A stretch of 63,833 bases of DNA, filler included, from Perkinsus chesapeaki ATCC PRA-425 (lineage: Eukaryota > Protista > Perkinsozoa): NCBI GenBank assembly GCA_013115145.1. It is 7 parts of 7 records of this genome, joined end to end, with 100 filler letters (N's around TTAATTAATTAA, not from the genome) between each part and the next. Parts side by side here need not be neighbours in the genome. Positions count along the whole stretch, not along the records: positions 1 to 22,566 come from JAAPAO010000576.1; positions 22,667 to 31,584 come from JAAPAO010000955.1; 5 more parts are not named here. The stretch is one strand, 5' to 3'. The position numbers and the translations under genes were made by a program. The notes below the pieces were generated by a model that worked only from the letters and a program-made list of their open reading frames with translations, was not told the DNA's origin and did no database searches. This document shows positions 11,416 to 29,312 of this stretch, in pieces (position 1 is the first letter of the stretch; every line of letters begins with the position of its first letter).

Positions 11416-13034
11416 ACTTTTTCAATCGTCCTTGATGCGTCTTGTTCCCCGAGTCTCAACACCTCGATATCACCGTCTACTAGTTCAACACAAAACGCTG
11501 ACAACGGCGAGAATCAGCCACCACCGCATGTGTCACCGTGAAATCGTTTCAAAACCCTCTTCATGGAACCGATCAGCTGAAAGCGGACACCTCAGTCGAA
11601 TACCGAGTTATAACGGCCCGTAAGAGAAGGCTCATAAATGCTTTCGGCGGAGCAGACGCTGAATCAACTCCTCACTTCGTCGTCATCGGCATAGAAATAA
11701 GGAAACCTATCCTCTCGTCCGCTGGTCACATCTTCCATCAGTTTTCCCATTTTGTCGTAGAAATAGGCACGAGGATAGTACTTGCTGGTGTTCACCACTG
11801 GAGTCCTAGAACGAACAAATGCAAACCGCCAGTTTGAAGCGTTACAGTTCGTCTGGTAATTCTCGGAGATTGCCAGCGTCCAGCATAACAAAGTGCCTAA
11901 AAGTCTGCTGGTGGAGCTCCTTCATTATGAGGCACTTACCCGGCTAACAACTGTACGTCGATCGAGCTACGGACTCTAGCGGCAAGCTGCCGACTTGCTG
12001 AGGACCAATGCTGGTGAACAACCGCCATGATAGGCTTCCTTGTACCTAAGTCGAGGAAGCATTCGAGAATCGAATGGAGCAAAGACCGGAATGGCTGTGA
12101 GAACATTCACACCGTGGGGTTAAGCTGAGTCGGGTTAATTAGTGATGGCAACGAACAGCTGACTGAGAAAGTCACTCTCATCAGAACGGTTAATGTGAAA
12201 CTTATACTTTACGCACTCAGCATTGAAGTAGACAAGAGAACTATGTCTTCACCAGCTTACGTTGAGCGATGGCTCTGGCATCATCGAAGTCACCCAGCCA
12301 ATCAATAACACTTTCGGCCCACCCAGCGCCGACATTCAAGTACGACCTGGTGGATTTGTTCCACGAAGTACGGTGTGGTACTACAGTCTTACTTTGTTCC
12401 GATGGTCATCCTAACAAGGCACAATAATACCATCATTGGTTGGATGAAAGTACAATGCTATGAAGCTTATCTCTCACAGACACGACAGATTTCTGTTTCT
12501 CCATACGAAACCTTTCTACGCGTTCTTCCTGTTGTCTAGTAAGTATCATTCAGTTTCACAATAACAATGACGAAGTTTACAGAAACGCTTGTGAACCGAA
12601 CTTTGTCAAGAAGATGCGGGCCGACTATGACGCTGGAAAACGTCAAGCCCTTGAAGTGTTGCCAATCTTTACGAATTGATCACCATCGCAGATATTAGCT
12701 TTAATATATCGATAATTTATGATATCCCACGTTATCATGATAATCGCGCCAATTGCCTTTACCCGGTTCTTCTCGGTGAGTGTGAGCGAGTGACTACTGA
12801 GTAACCCAACACTGTTGCAAGTATATGGTATTTAAATCTACGGCGGCAGTCGGTACTGGCAAAGGTCTGGAGTCAAAAAAGAACGACTCTGGCAGCTGAT
12901 CACTTCTCACTCGCCGGCGGCAGGCCGGACCCTCCAAGGGCCCTCATCAGAGGATTCTCGAGCTGGTCTCCTTCTGGGATGCTATTTGTAGTGCCTGAAA
13001 ACAAACCAACGATCCAAGGAGCCCGACAGGAGCG

Positions 13035-16000
13035 TCAAAGGTTCCTTTTGCTTATTTGCTCTGCAGTGGAAAGATGCCTCTCAAACTTCCTATCAAATCC
13101 GACCACTCTTTGACCATGAACGAATACATTTTCGTGACACTGGGTGACTCCCCGCGACAAGTGGCATGCCCCTACCCAAAAGAGATGCCAGCGCCGGTGG
13201 CATTCCCGGCGTCGAGGCCGCGGATGGCTGGCTGCTGCTGTTCGACGAGTGATGTTGGTGACCGGAAGAGGAAGTCGGCGGGCCACCGTCTGAGCTTGGT
13301 TTTTTACCTACAATTCGTTCCAACTAAACCGCCACAGTTTCGAGCTCACCATCATCAACCACACCGATATCCTTTTCGACAACCTCAATAGGCAACGTGC
13401 CGTGCAACATCCTACCAGCAAAGCACACAGACACGTCGTAGTCGCCTGGTGGCAAGTCGCCACGAATCTTCACTGCCAACTTCTTTCCTACAAAATAAAT
13501 CCTTCCCCAGCTGCGCCCTTATCCCACCTTTTCTGATGCCTTCTGGCTTGAAAGTCTTCACAAATCCAGCGGGTATCGCCTGTGGGCTGTCCGGCGGTCG
13601 AGCAGCGCCAAGCTGAGGGCCTGCGGAAATGAACCAAAGCTCGACAGGACGGCGGTCCAAGAGAAATTCCATCACGTTTTTCGTTTGTCCGAAATTATTT
13701 CCCGTACTACGCACGCCACAATTAAAATTGTAAAATGCCCGAACAAGACTGGTGGTAATACCCTCGTGACCAAAGCAGGTCCACCTAAACCCAACTTCTG
13801 GACCGAACCCAGTCCTACTGCTGCGAGTCGTCGGTCTGCGATCGTGCCGCCGAAACACTATTTCCAACGCATTCCACATATCCTGCGGAATCTCCTTCTT
13901 CAACCCGACAACCTAAATCCAGATCCATGCCATCATCACTCTGTAGCCTACCACAGTGGTGCCTCCCTTGGCCGGAATACAATCTGGTTTAACGTAATGA
14001 ATTCGCTGGCCCTGCAGCCAATTCCCAGATATCGTCACTCCGCTCGAGAGGGATATTTTAGAGTAGACTCCGCTGGACAAAGCTCCGCTTGTCATCCTGG
14101 ATGTCGCCTAAAGCCCACCGTCAGCCCCCCCCCGAATTTGATCGGCTTACCTGTGACCACACACTGGGCATGCTGCCCGCCTCGCTGGGCTCCCAGGCCC
14201 AACAGAAGGTGCACTTCTCCCCAGCTGCCCGATTGCAAGTGCAAAAACTCGTCGGCATCGCGGCGGGCGGGCCGCTCAACTTCGGTGGCTCCAACGACGT
14301 CGGTCCGCCCCGGGCCAGAGCCGCCATCGGGTTCGTCTGAACGTAATTTCACGGCGCGTGACTTTGCAAGCCCTGAATGGTTCAGGCTGAATTCTTACCA
14401 CATTGGCCTGTGCTGCCAGGGAATGGGGAACTTTCGGTGCATTTGGCACGAAAAACGCCGGAGCTGGGTTCTCGAGGGTCGCCTGTTAGACGGAAAAGCA
14501 TTCATACGTCAACGACGAGGAACCTCGCTGCGAGTACCGTACTATATATACCGTAATATAGTACTATTATTTAACCCTACACCGACGCAATCACCCATTT
14601 CGCAGGCATCGGAACGCATATATATTTAATACAATTTCCATATACCCAATTTTCGAAAGAAATCTTACCCACCGCCCCCGTAACCCACTTTATTACCTCC
14701 AGCATGGAAAACATATCACTATTCCGATCTCCTGACTGAGAGCCCGACGATGTCCGACGAGGGACTGCGCTGGCTGCTGCTGCTGGTTGCTGTTGTGGGG
14801 GCTTCCCGTCAGCCGCCGGTACTGCTACTGCTGCTGCTGCCGATGCGTGCTGTAGTTTAGGTGGGGATGGAGACATTCAATTACACAACAAAACTTAGGA
14901 CGAGTAGTACAATAGAATTCCATGACTTGTAATATGGGGGAGCAAGATGGGGCAGGCTACAAAGGGAAGGACGGTAGTAGTAGGAAGACGGTTGAGCGAA
15001 AGCATCTACGTTCAACAAGATACAACCGTTGTAAGCAGTATGGCAAGATAGTGGCCAGACCGCACTGAAAAAGAAACCTGCCAAGCTACATGATACGGCA
15101 ATCACAACCTATCCTCGATACTGCCCCCCCATAAAAATGAAATACGACAGGAACGACTCCCCGTGGCGCATCAGCTTGTGCGGGAATATCCGGTATTATT
15201 CTGACACCACTAGCCATAGATCGCCAAACCAATCTAACAACAATTACAATTACTTCTAAAGACTGCAACGCAACACTGCCATTCCGCGGGCCAGAAACCT
15301 CCGGCTCCCCTACGAACTGTTGTGGATGCATGACGATGATAAACAGCTTGTGTGATAATGATGATGTTACACAGTTAATTACAAAACATCCTCAGCCTAC
15401 TCACGAACGCGGTGGTCCACTATAAACGAACATTCGCAACCCACACCACATCCACCCGAACCACCTTCTGAAGATTCCTTTCTCTCCGCCGGTCGATGAC
15501 CATCGCCGAAGTACGGCTGTGACGGCATCAGCCCTGCTGCACCTAGTACGTCCAGAACTCCCAGCCTGCCCGCTGATAGCTGCGCTCCTCCTCCGCCTTA
15601 CCTGTTTCCTGCTGCCTATGAGGATTCTCTGCATTGAACGTCCCTCTCCCAGGGCCTGTCGAATCGATCAAAGGCCTCCACAACATGCCCAAAATCTCAC
15701 TTGTTTGTTGAAGCTGCTCTTGAATATAAATTCCCAAATCGGTGGCGTCATCAGCCGCTGGGAATGCAGTCCCTTGGGCGGCGACCATTGGTGACATCAC
15801 ATCACACACTCCCGAGGACGTTCGCAAAGGGCTGGGATCGAGACAACCACCACGTCTGGTTCCTCCTAACAGTAACATTCTCAATACAAATATGTATGAA
15901 AATATCAGCATAAACGTCTATCTGGACCAATACCTGTTATATTATAATAAAGCTGCCCTGGATGGTAAAGCCATAAATCCCGAATTTCGAAGATGATAAG

Positions 16001-16410
16001 ATAACTTAAATTCTCCACCGCCTACTGTCCCCCGGTTACTGTTGCCTATCTCCGCTACAAGTGCCTCCTGCTGCACATAAGCCCCACCGGCTTGAGTAGC
16101 ATAGCCGGCCCCAACAAGGGCTCCAGTGACCGCACTTGCCGACGGCTGCAAAGGAGTGTTAGATCCGCTCACCAACGGACACCTGACTTCACGGAAACGC
16201 CGGTAGAGATGTAGAGTCTCTACCATTCCGAGCCCGCAGGTGGCATATAGCTGAGCTCTTGAGAAGATATGCCGGCGAAGGCAGGGTCATCGAAGCTGTC
16301 ACTGGAGCAGGAGGACTGAAAAAGTACACATAGCGTAATAAAGTAAATACCATTGAACGACTCTTTACAAATGCAGTATAATCTAGCTCTATTTGATCAT
16401 AATCTTTCAA
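13035..16410 (-). CDS. Multi-exon gene or genes of unknown function with low-complexity S/Q/P/A segments
   Basis: Successive short minus-strand ORF segments bounded by GT..AG; no family motif recognised with confidence. Confidence 0.35.
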
Positions 16411-17039
16411 TCAACTATACCACATATCTACAACTCCCTCAGAGTCATTTGTGTAGTACATGTTGGCTAAATGGTGACACTCTATCACGATTAGATCCTC
16501 CCAATCTTCGGTGATGTGCCGCAATCTGCATATGCACTCGGCCATGACCACCACCAGCCTAAAATGCAATACAAAAAACGCTTCGCTCCGCTAAGAAGCC
16601 ACCAACTTGCTGTAATATAGACGAGCTTCCTAGTCCTTGTTGCCGTTGACCATATTGACCTACCAGGATCCTCTACCCCTCCAAACCATCTTCTCTCATA
16701 CCGTGACTGCCACTACTGTGGACGCTTACTCCGGGCGATGGGGACTGATAGATCTGTTGTGACCTAGACTGTGCCGTCTGCAGCCCTCTGGGGCCGGCCT
16801 CTCCTCCTCCTCCCTAATAACATTCCTATAGCCAACACCATCAACTCCGCCTTACGTGACGGGCCTGGCTCGGTTTCGATCCATACAATCCAGCCGCTAG
16901 CTGTTGGTGCTGGTGATGCCCCACCGAGCCTGAATCCGACGGCTTATACTCACCAAGTCCCTCGTTCACTGGCGTAGCTTTCGGGTTTTCGGGTTTCGGG
17001 TTTTGATTTCCTTAGCTGTTTGACGACGACCATCATTTA

Positions 17040-22093
<5,054 letters not shown>

Positions 22094-22666
22094 TCAAAAT
22101 GGTAAGAGGCGTCGCTCTGATGAGTAAGTAACTTAAACGCAAATACAGTGTGGTGGAAGAACAAAGCTCGAAAGTTCCAAAAAGTAGGGCTTTCTAGGGA
22201 GGTATTATTATCACCGCTTTCGTCGTTAGATCTTTTCTAATTGAGTGTTGAGTGTGCGCAACACAATTTAATACTTAACATTTCTGTCCTTAAAGGGATT
22301 GGAAGCTCCAAATGATACCTGGAAGAACAAATAAGAAGATGTAAAGGTTAATCCTGTAATTCAACCCACAATACCAACAAGCATGCGCCGTGGTGGAAGA
22401 GACCACCGAAGAGACCGGTGACAACACCTTTTCCTGCAATTTGCACGAACGGATTTTCCTCGCCAACTGACCATAGACCTCCTCATTACTGCCACTAGTG
22501 GAACCCGTCGCTCCGCTCCAGTGTTATATTCCCATTTGATGTAGTAGAATAATGTGTATATAGATGNNNNNNNNNNNNNNNNNNNNNNNNNNNNNNNNNN
22601 NNNNNNNNNNTTAATTAATTAANNNNNNNNNNNNNNNNNNNNNNNNNNNNNNNNNNNNNNNNNNNN

Positions 22667-23139
22667 TCATTGGCAGTATCTTGGGTATCGTATCATTAGT
22701 TTGTGCTATTATAGTGGAACTACAAATCAAGTCAAGACCCCTCTTCACCGTTTCAGTCTGGTGGCTTATTCCGCAGTTCTGGGCTGTGGCTGCCGGTGAA
22801 GTGTTCCTCCTCTCAACGGAGTACGAAATTGCCTTCACATTTTCTCCGGAGTCTCTAAAAGCAGTGGCCTCTGCGGTGTCTCTGCTTTTTATTGCTGCAG
22901 CATTTGGCTTATCTGCGGTTCTGTTCGACCTTTGTGCTCCGTGGCTGCCAGATTTCGACCCCAGCAACCCATCACAAGTCTCTCACAAGGGAAGCCATTA
23001 TGAATACTTTTATTTGGTTCTTATTGCTTTATGTGCAATAGGAGCAGTTGCATGTTTGGCGTTAATTCCTTACTTCAAGCGAGTTAGTGAAGCCAAACAT
23101 CAAATTGAGGTTGATAAAACAACTAACGAAAAAAACTAG
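22667..23139 (+). CDS. POT/PTR proton-dependent oligopeptide transporter, 3' part (5' part lost in gap)
   Basis: Near-identical to the C-terminus of 26684-28201 (VAAGEVFL..YEIAFTFSPESLKAVASA). Confidence 0.9.
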
Positions 23140-24463
23140 GTCGGAATGAGACTAGAGGGCTTGTGGCCACGGAGAATGACTTTATATTGGTCATATGGAA
23201 CGTCCCGATTTATTCCGTTCTGCGCTTGGCACACACGCTTAGCAGACAGTTTCTCAGCGTCAGCTCGGCATCGTTGTGCTCAGTTATCTAGTTCATTGAC
23301 AGAGGCATGGTGGGAGAAGCTGTTCAAGCCACACGGGCTACCTTACCATGAACCTTTCAGCTGAGGCCGTCAAGGAAGAATCGACCGATAGCTTAGGAGG
23401 CGGACGCTGAGGACTCGGAGCCCTATGATGACCTAGAGTTGGCGATACTCGATCATCCAGCCACGTGGATCTCAGTCATCGGCATTAGAACTCAGTTTCG
23501 AATCACGCAATTCATGAATAACCACTGAATTTTTCGCGTCGGGAAACGATATCCCTATGGAATGAAGAACGGTTTTGCGCTACAGTACCACACATCGAGC
23601 TGGGCATGAGTTATCTTATTTGAAGTGCAATTCAAAAAGCAGAGATAAAGGCAGGATACAGGATTAGTTTAAAGACAGCCCAACAATGATCACTCGGCTC
23701 GAATCTGCCCAGTCGATGTCCCTGGGGAATATTGTAAGTCCTAAGAATATGTTACATGACCACCGGGTACGACTTGAGCTTGTTACTATAGATGGTTGAT
23801 GGCCTGATGTTCACGATCACTTCCTATGCATGCTTCGAACGGTGTACTGGGTACAGTGCCCGCGGGACACCGGATATGGCATCGCAGCAGCGCTATGGGG
23901 AACCTCGATAAAGGGCTCCCCATGAGAAGGGAAATAAGGCTTATAGCTCCATCACAGACGAAAACTTGACACTGTTGGAAATATGGGCCTGGCAAGCCCA
24001 TGCAAGCCCGGCTTGAATGAATGCGCAATCGGATGCAACGAGTGCATTAATTGAGCCAGAGGGGTGCTACTACTCTCAAGGGAACAGTCTCAGCTCTCGA
24101 GACATTCTCTTTATGCCGGTTTGATCATTAGTCATACTACAACCAAATTCCACACATCCCATGAAAGATGTAAGATCTTATCTTCAAGGTAACTAAATTT
24201 ATAACAACGTAGAGCTTCCTTCAATGATTAGTACTGAGGCTACTAGCATCGTTCTACGATACAAAGATAGCATCACAATCATTCATACCTCGTGCACGAA
24301 AGCAGACAGCACAGATCACTCAGCTGCTGAATCCAGTACACGTTCATGATGCTACCGACACATAGACTAAATGGAGGGGCTGGGACTCCCACAAAAGACT
24401 CTGGTGGAAGATTCCTGTAGTCCTCTAGACTGAGTCCAGGAAGAATGGATCGGCTCGCTTGTG

Positions 24464-24503
24464 CTCGATACTATCGAGTCGATAGTATGATACTATTAGT
24501 ATC
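24464..24503. other. Two overlapping perfect +14-nt scars (T=CTCGATAG at 24464-24485; T=ATAGTATC at 24482-24503)
   Basis: ctcgata-ctatcgag-tcgatag and atagtat-gatactat-tagtatc. Confidence 0.75.
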
Positions 24504-26683
24504 GAGGTTATAATTCGGGTTTTAATTCGGGTTTTCGGCAATGCTAAGTTAGCATCGAAGAAGCATTCAAATGAAGAAGCCTATCTGGTTTCGCCAGCAA
24601 CCTGCTGTCAGCAAGTTTAGAGCAAGGTAATTGCGTTAGCGATTGGCGCGTTAAAAATGTGGTAGGTCGAGCTGTAGAGGTTTCGAGGCGCGCTACGCGC
24701 TTGCTCATCCCGCGCGCCCCCCGTTCGATCACGCTATAACGCGCGGGCCAGACAAACTCCCAGCTAGTTTGTCTGCTCGGTCTCCTTTTTAGATATGCCA
24801 GAGGAAAGAAAAAATCCCATCCCACCCGGGGTGTTGCGCTGATCTTCGAAGCCCGAAATATCTGGGAAACTCTTATGCTCGGGTTGCCGAGTTTGGCATT
24901 CCTCGATACCCACAGCACGGCTAAGTCTTCGGGTCTCTATGTTTGTCAGTGATTTAGGATATTCCCGGAATAGAGCTGACTCCGTCCGGGTCTCGGGTTT
25001 GACTGTTGGTAGTTTACCCCTTGAACCACTAGTCATACCTCGCGGCTCGAACGTTATGCACTGTTTTATGTGAGAATGTGTACATAAATAGGTTTGCTTA
25101 CGATAGAAGCTTTGAAGCACAATTTGTGCTGCACAAAAGATAGAACACAAACCCGGAGCCGAGTTTTCCCTGATAGTAACTGCGATAGGACACTCCTATT
25201 GGGAGAAGGTTTGCAACACATAACCTTAACAGTTAAGGCTAAACTATGTCGACGGAGGGGCTGTGAAGTCACGACTAACGGAATAAGTAGGCGGAATGCG
25301 ATGCGAGTTGGAGAGTATCGCATACAGACGATCAAGCAAAACGGACACTGTTTGGTTAGATGGTTGTACGCAATGGAATCAAGCTACTCTACCCGCGCCT
25401 TGGTATATATAAATTTATGTTAAGGCCCTTAACTTAAGGGCACTACTGACACTTACAGTGTCTCGACTCGAGACGCCTCAGTCGACTCGAGGCTCTCGAG
25501 TCATCCACTGCACAGACATGGAATCCCAAACTGAAACCCGTGATACTCCTCACCTATTCAGTGTGCTCGGGTTTCAGGTTTGTGACCGATAAGTCGATTG
25601 ATACTATCGGTAGACGATGGCCGACTCTGGTAACACGATTCCAAAGGCTTTATACGAAGCAGTGCTTACAATGTCTTGAGACCACGGAGACGAGTAACGA
25701 AGCGTAGGTGAAGCTAATTCACCAACAGCACGGATAAAACATTCCGGCGAATCTTCTCTTTGCGACTCATGCCGTGCGTGTGCGCACTGACCTAATTTAG
25801 GTGAGTGCGCAGACGTAGGGGACCTAAGTCACACAAAAAAAAGCCACGCCTGCGACCGACTACAAATGCAGGGGGAACGCAAAGACTGGTAGCTACATGT
25901 GGCAGAACAGAATCGATTAACGTACCATATAGCAGGCACACAGCTACAAATAGGTACACGTAGAAGGAATACAGGAACCTCCTGAAGCCGTAGAAGGAAA
26001 GCATTTTGTCCGGGAAAGTCTTTCCCGCACAAAACGCGGCGCATCTAATATTGTGCGGACCCTTTCGATTTTGAGGGTTAGGTAGTACTATTCTCCTGTT
26101 TAGTGGAGAGTGTTTGGATGGTGGTCAACGAAGGTTAGGTGACAGACCGATTCAAACGCATCAATGAGATTTGCTACGGCCGCCTAGTCAACGATCCGGT
26201 CAATCGACCGCACGCATGAACATCCGTGACATGTGTCGCTCATGTCGTGTCGACATTGTCGACACACGGAAGTTGGAAGGTTCTAGCGTGTAAGGAGCAA
26301 ACTATCGACCCAAGTGACCTGATCACCGCCCTTTCCACTTGAGCTAAGCCCAAGTGATTTTGGGTCATTAGTAATGACTCGTTACGGTGGGGAGTCCCAG
26401 CTTCGGACGACGTAACAATTACTCCAAGCTTGGACCACATACCGCGGACCTTCGCACTTTGAAGAGTTTCAGAGCAAAACTCGATAGTTTTTGCTGTCCA
26501 GTGAGTGTGGAATAGTAGCGCTGGAATGGAGCAGGTCGAAAGTGAGATTTCCAATTCCAGTTGTTGCTCGCTACTCCAATTCAGATTTACTTCTCTCTAG
26601 TGTGGTATTATTTAGTAGTGGTTTGACAGTAGTACTTATGCAGGTAGTCCGCTCTCGGCGTTTTCCTTGCACCTCCAAGTTCA

Positions 26684-28201
26684 ATGCCCGCCAAGCAAGA
26701 CTCCCTCTCATGGACTGACTCGTCTGGTAATGTGTACCATTACTACCAGAGGCCGATGCTTAACGCTGTTATCTTCATTCTTTTTCTAGAGTTTGGGGAA
26801 CGTCTAGCACTCTATGCTATAGTCCCCAATGCTCAGGCCTTCCTGAAGGAGTACCTCGGTTACACTGACGTTCAAGCTAACTCATACATTGGCGCCTTCC
26901 AGGCAATACTTTATGTAACTCCTTTGATGGCGGCTGCATTGGCCGACAGTCTGCTGGGAATTTATGCTACAATTATGTCATTTTCACTCCTCTATCTTGC
27001 CGGGCTTTTTTTGCTCTTTCTTTCTACCATCAAAACCATCAGTAGTCCGTGGATGGTTCATCTATCTCTACTTGTTATGATCACCCTTGGTGGAGGTGCC
27101 ATCAAGGCATGTGTGAATGTGATGGGGGCACAACAGTTCCATCCTGAGTATCATAAGGAAGGCATCACAACTTACTATACGATGTATTATGGCGCTATCA
27201 ATATCGGGAGTATGGTGGGGGCTCTTGTCACTCCTTTCGTTCTACAAGACACTAACTTCACGGTCGCTTTCATTATCCCCCTGGTGGCTTTTGGTGCGGC
27301 AACGGCTTCAGTGCTCATCGGGGGCTTGCTTGGTCGATTTGTGAAAGCAAAACCTCAGGGATCTGCCGTCCTCGAGATTTTACGGGTGATGCTTTCGGCT
27401 GTCAAGAAATGTTCATTGGAGAGAAATAAGAAATCTCATGGTGGCCATTATGATGACGGATTTATAGAAGACGTGAAGGCTTTGCTGCGATTGGTTCCAT
27501 TATTCTGCCTCATTATCCCATTTATGATCGCGTATAACAACCTTCTCACAGCTTATCTCACACAGGCTCAAAAAATGGACAGAAGGACATTCAATTTTGA
27601 GATACCTGCCTCACTTATGGTGAACGTCGATCCCATCGCGGTGGTCATCACTTCCTTGCTCGTCAGCTCACTTCTCTATCCAATGCTTAAGAAGCGCGGT
27701 ATAGTTATCCCAGTTCTGGTCAGATGCTTCATTGGCAGTATCTTGGGTATCGTATCATTAGTTTGTGCTATTATAGTGGAACTACAAATCAAGTCAAGAC
27801 CCCTCTTCACCGTTTCAGTCTGGTGGCTTATTCCGCAGTTTTGGGCTGTGGCTGCCGGTGAAGTGTTCCTCATCTCAACCGCGTACGAAATTGCCTTCAC
27901 ATTTTCTCCGGAGTCTCTAAAAGCAGTGGCCTCTGCGGTTTCTCTGCTTTTCATTGCTGCAGAATTTGGCTTATCTGCGGTTCTGTTCGGTCTCTGTGCC
28001 CCGTGGCTGCCAGATTTCGACCCTCGAAGTCCGTCAGAAGTCTCTCACAAGGGAAGCCATTATGAATACTTCTATTTGGTTCTTATTGCTTTATGTACAA
28101 TAGGAAGTGTTGCATGTTTGGCGTTGATTCCTTACTTCAGGCGAGTTGGTGGAGCCAGACATCAGATTGAGGTTGATGAAGCAAGTAACGAGAAAGAATA
28201 G
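26684..28201 (+). CDS. POT/PTR oligopeptide transporter (MFS), intronless, 505 aa
   Basis: ExxER motif (EFGERL), LADSLLG, GGGAIKACV..MGAQQF, YYGAINIGSM PTR2 signature, about 12 hydrophobic segments. Confidence 0.95.
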   Translation: MPAKQDSLSWTDSSGNVYHYYQRPMLNAVIFILFLEFGERLALYAIVPNAQAFLKEYLGYTDVQANSYIGAFQAILYVTPLMAAALADSLLGIYATIMSFSLLYLAGLFLLFLSTIKTISSPWMVHLSLLVMITLGGGAIKACVNVMGAQQFHPEYHKEGITTYYTMYYGAINIGSMVGALVTPFVLQDTNFTVAFIIPLVAFGAATASVLIGGLLGRFVKAKPQGSAVLEILRVMLSAVKKCSLERNKKSHGGHYDDGFIEDVKALLRLVPLFCLIIPFMIAYNNLLTAYLTQAQKMDRRTFNFEIPASLMVNVDPIAVVITSLLVSSLLYPMLKKRGIVIPVLVRCFIGSILGIVSLVCAIIVELQIKSRPLFTVSVWWLIPQFWAVAAGEVFLISTAYEIAFTFSPESLKAVASAVSLLFIAAEFGLSAVLFGLCAPWLPDFDPRSPSEVSHKGSHYEYFYLVLIALCTIGSVACLALIPYFRRVGGARHQIEVDEASNEKE

Positions 28202-29312
28202 GTCGGAATATACCCAGGGAGCTTGTGCCCTGGGATAATCCTTAACCAAGAATGTCTTTATGCAAGTCGTTGACATTCCTGGCTAATCCCGCGTGACTCT
28301 CACGCTTAGCAAATAGTTTTCCAGTATTATCGCACTATCGTTGCGCTCAGTTGCCACAATTTTCTAATGAACGGCACCGCGGGAGGGTTATTAGCCGCGC
28401 GCTTCTCGAAAGCTTGGCTTCTGCTAGATTTGAGCTGGTTCACTCGATATTATCAAGTTGATAATTGGCTTTTTGCAGATGAGACGAAACCCTATGTTGG
28501 TCAAACAATCCTATCCTCTTTGACATTGAGACTTGGGCAACCGGCTGCTAAAGACATGCGCTGTAAAGCAATGTGTTATATTTTTAACTGACCTTCTAGC
28601 AGTTGGCTCCGACTGGCCATCATAACCCATGATCCACGGGTCCGAACGAATGCGCGGCGCGCGCAAGGTTCATCTGCGCGAGATACAGTAATACTGTACT
28701 TATGTTCTCACCGGCGTAGCTCTTCAGTCGCTGTTCCCTCGTTCGAGGCTCCGAAGGAGCAAGCATATAATCCTAAGCAACTAGGTCTGGAGAACTAGGC
28801 TTAAACAACTTATGATTGTGTAAAACCCGCAAAGTACATGCGTGCTAACCGCCAGGCTGGAGCCTGCGCACGCGTGCTCATGATTGCGGCAGGTGGCGTG
28901 TCACGACTTTGCTCAACGCCTCCGCCTCTTTGTTACCAGGAGCTCTCATATAACTTCAGTCAGGCTTCATAATCGCTTCGTAAAAATGAAGTGCATTTGG
29001 TATTCCCGCATTCCGATTTTCGTTTTGAATCCACCGTTCATTCAGGAGTAACCCGTTGAAAGTCTTCAATAACCTGTATTGTGTTGATTCCACGCTTGTA
29101 GTGTTATCTTTCTCAAGTCAAGAATTAACAGGGATATCGATAGCTGTGGTTCGAAGAGGGCGAAGCTCCCTCACTTAACTGGGTATCTTAGAAGCAACTT
29201 ATCTTACTTTTCACATTATAACTAGGGTTCAAAGGCGTTCCAAATTTCTGCTATTCCCTCCGTCCAAAGCTTCTGCTCCTGGTTTGTTTTAGTACCATTC
29301 TAGGTCAGTATA

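Noticed and set aside
13412-13903. GFVKTF..GKDLF segment resembling a cold-shock domain
   Set aside because: The aromatic RNP1 residues are missing, and the similarity is too weak to call without a profile search.
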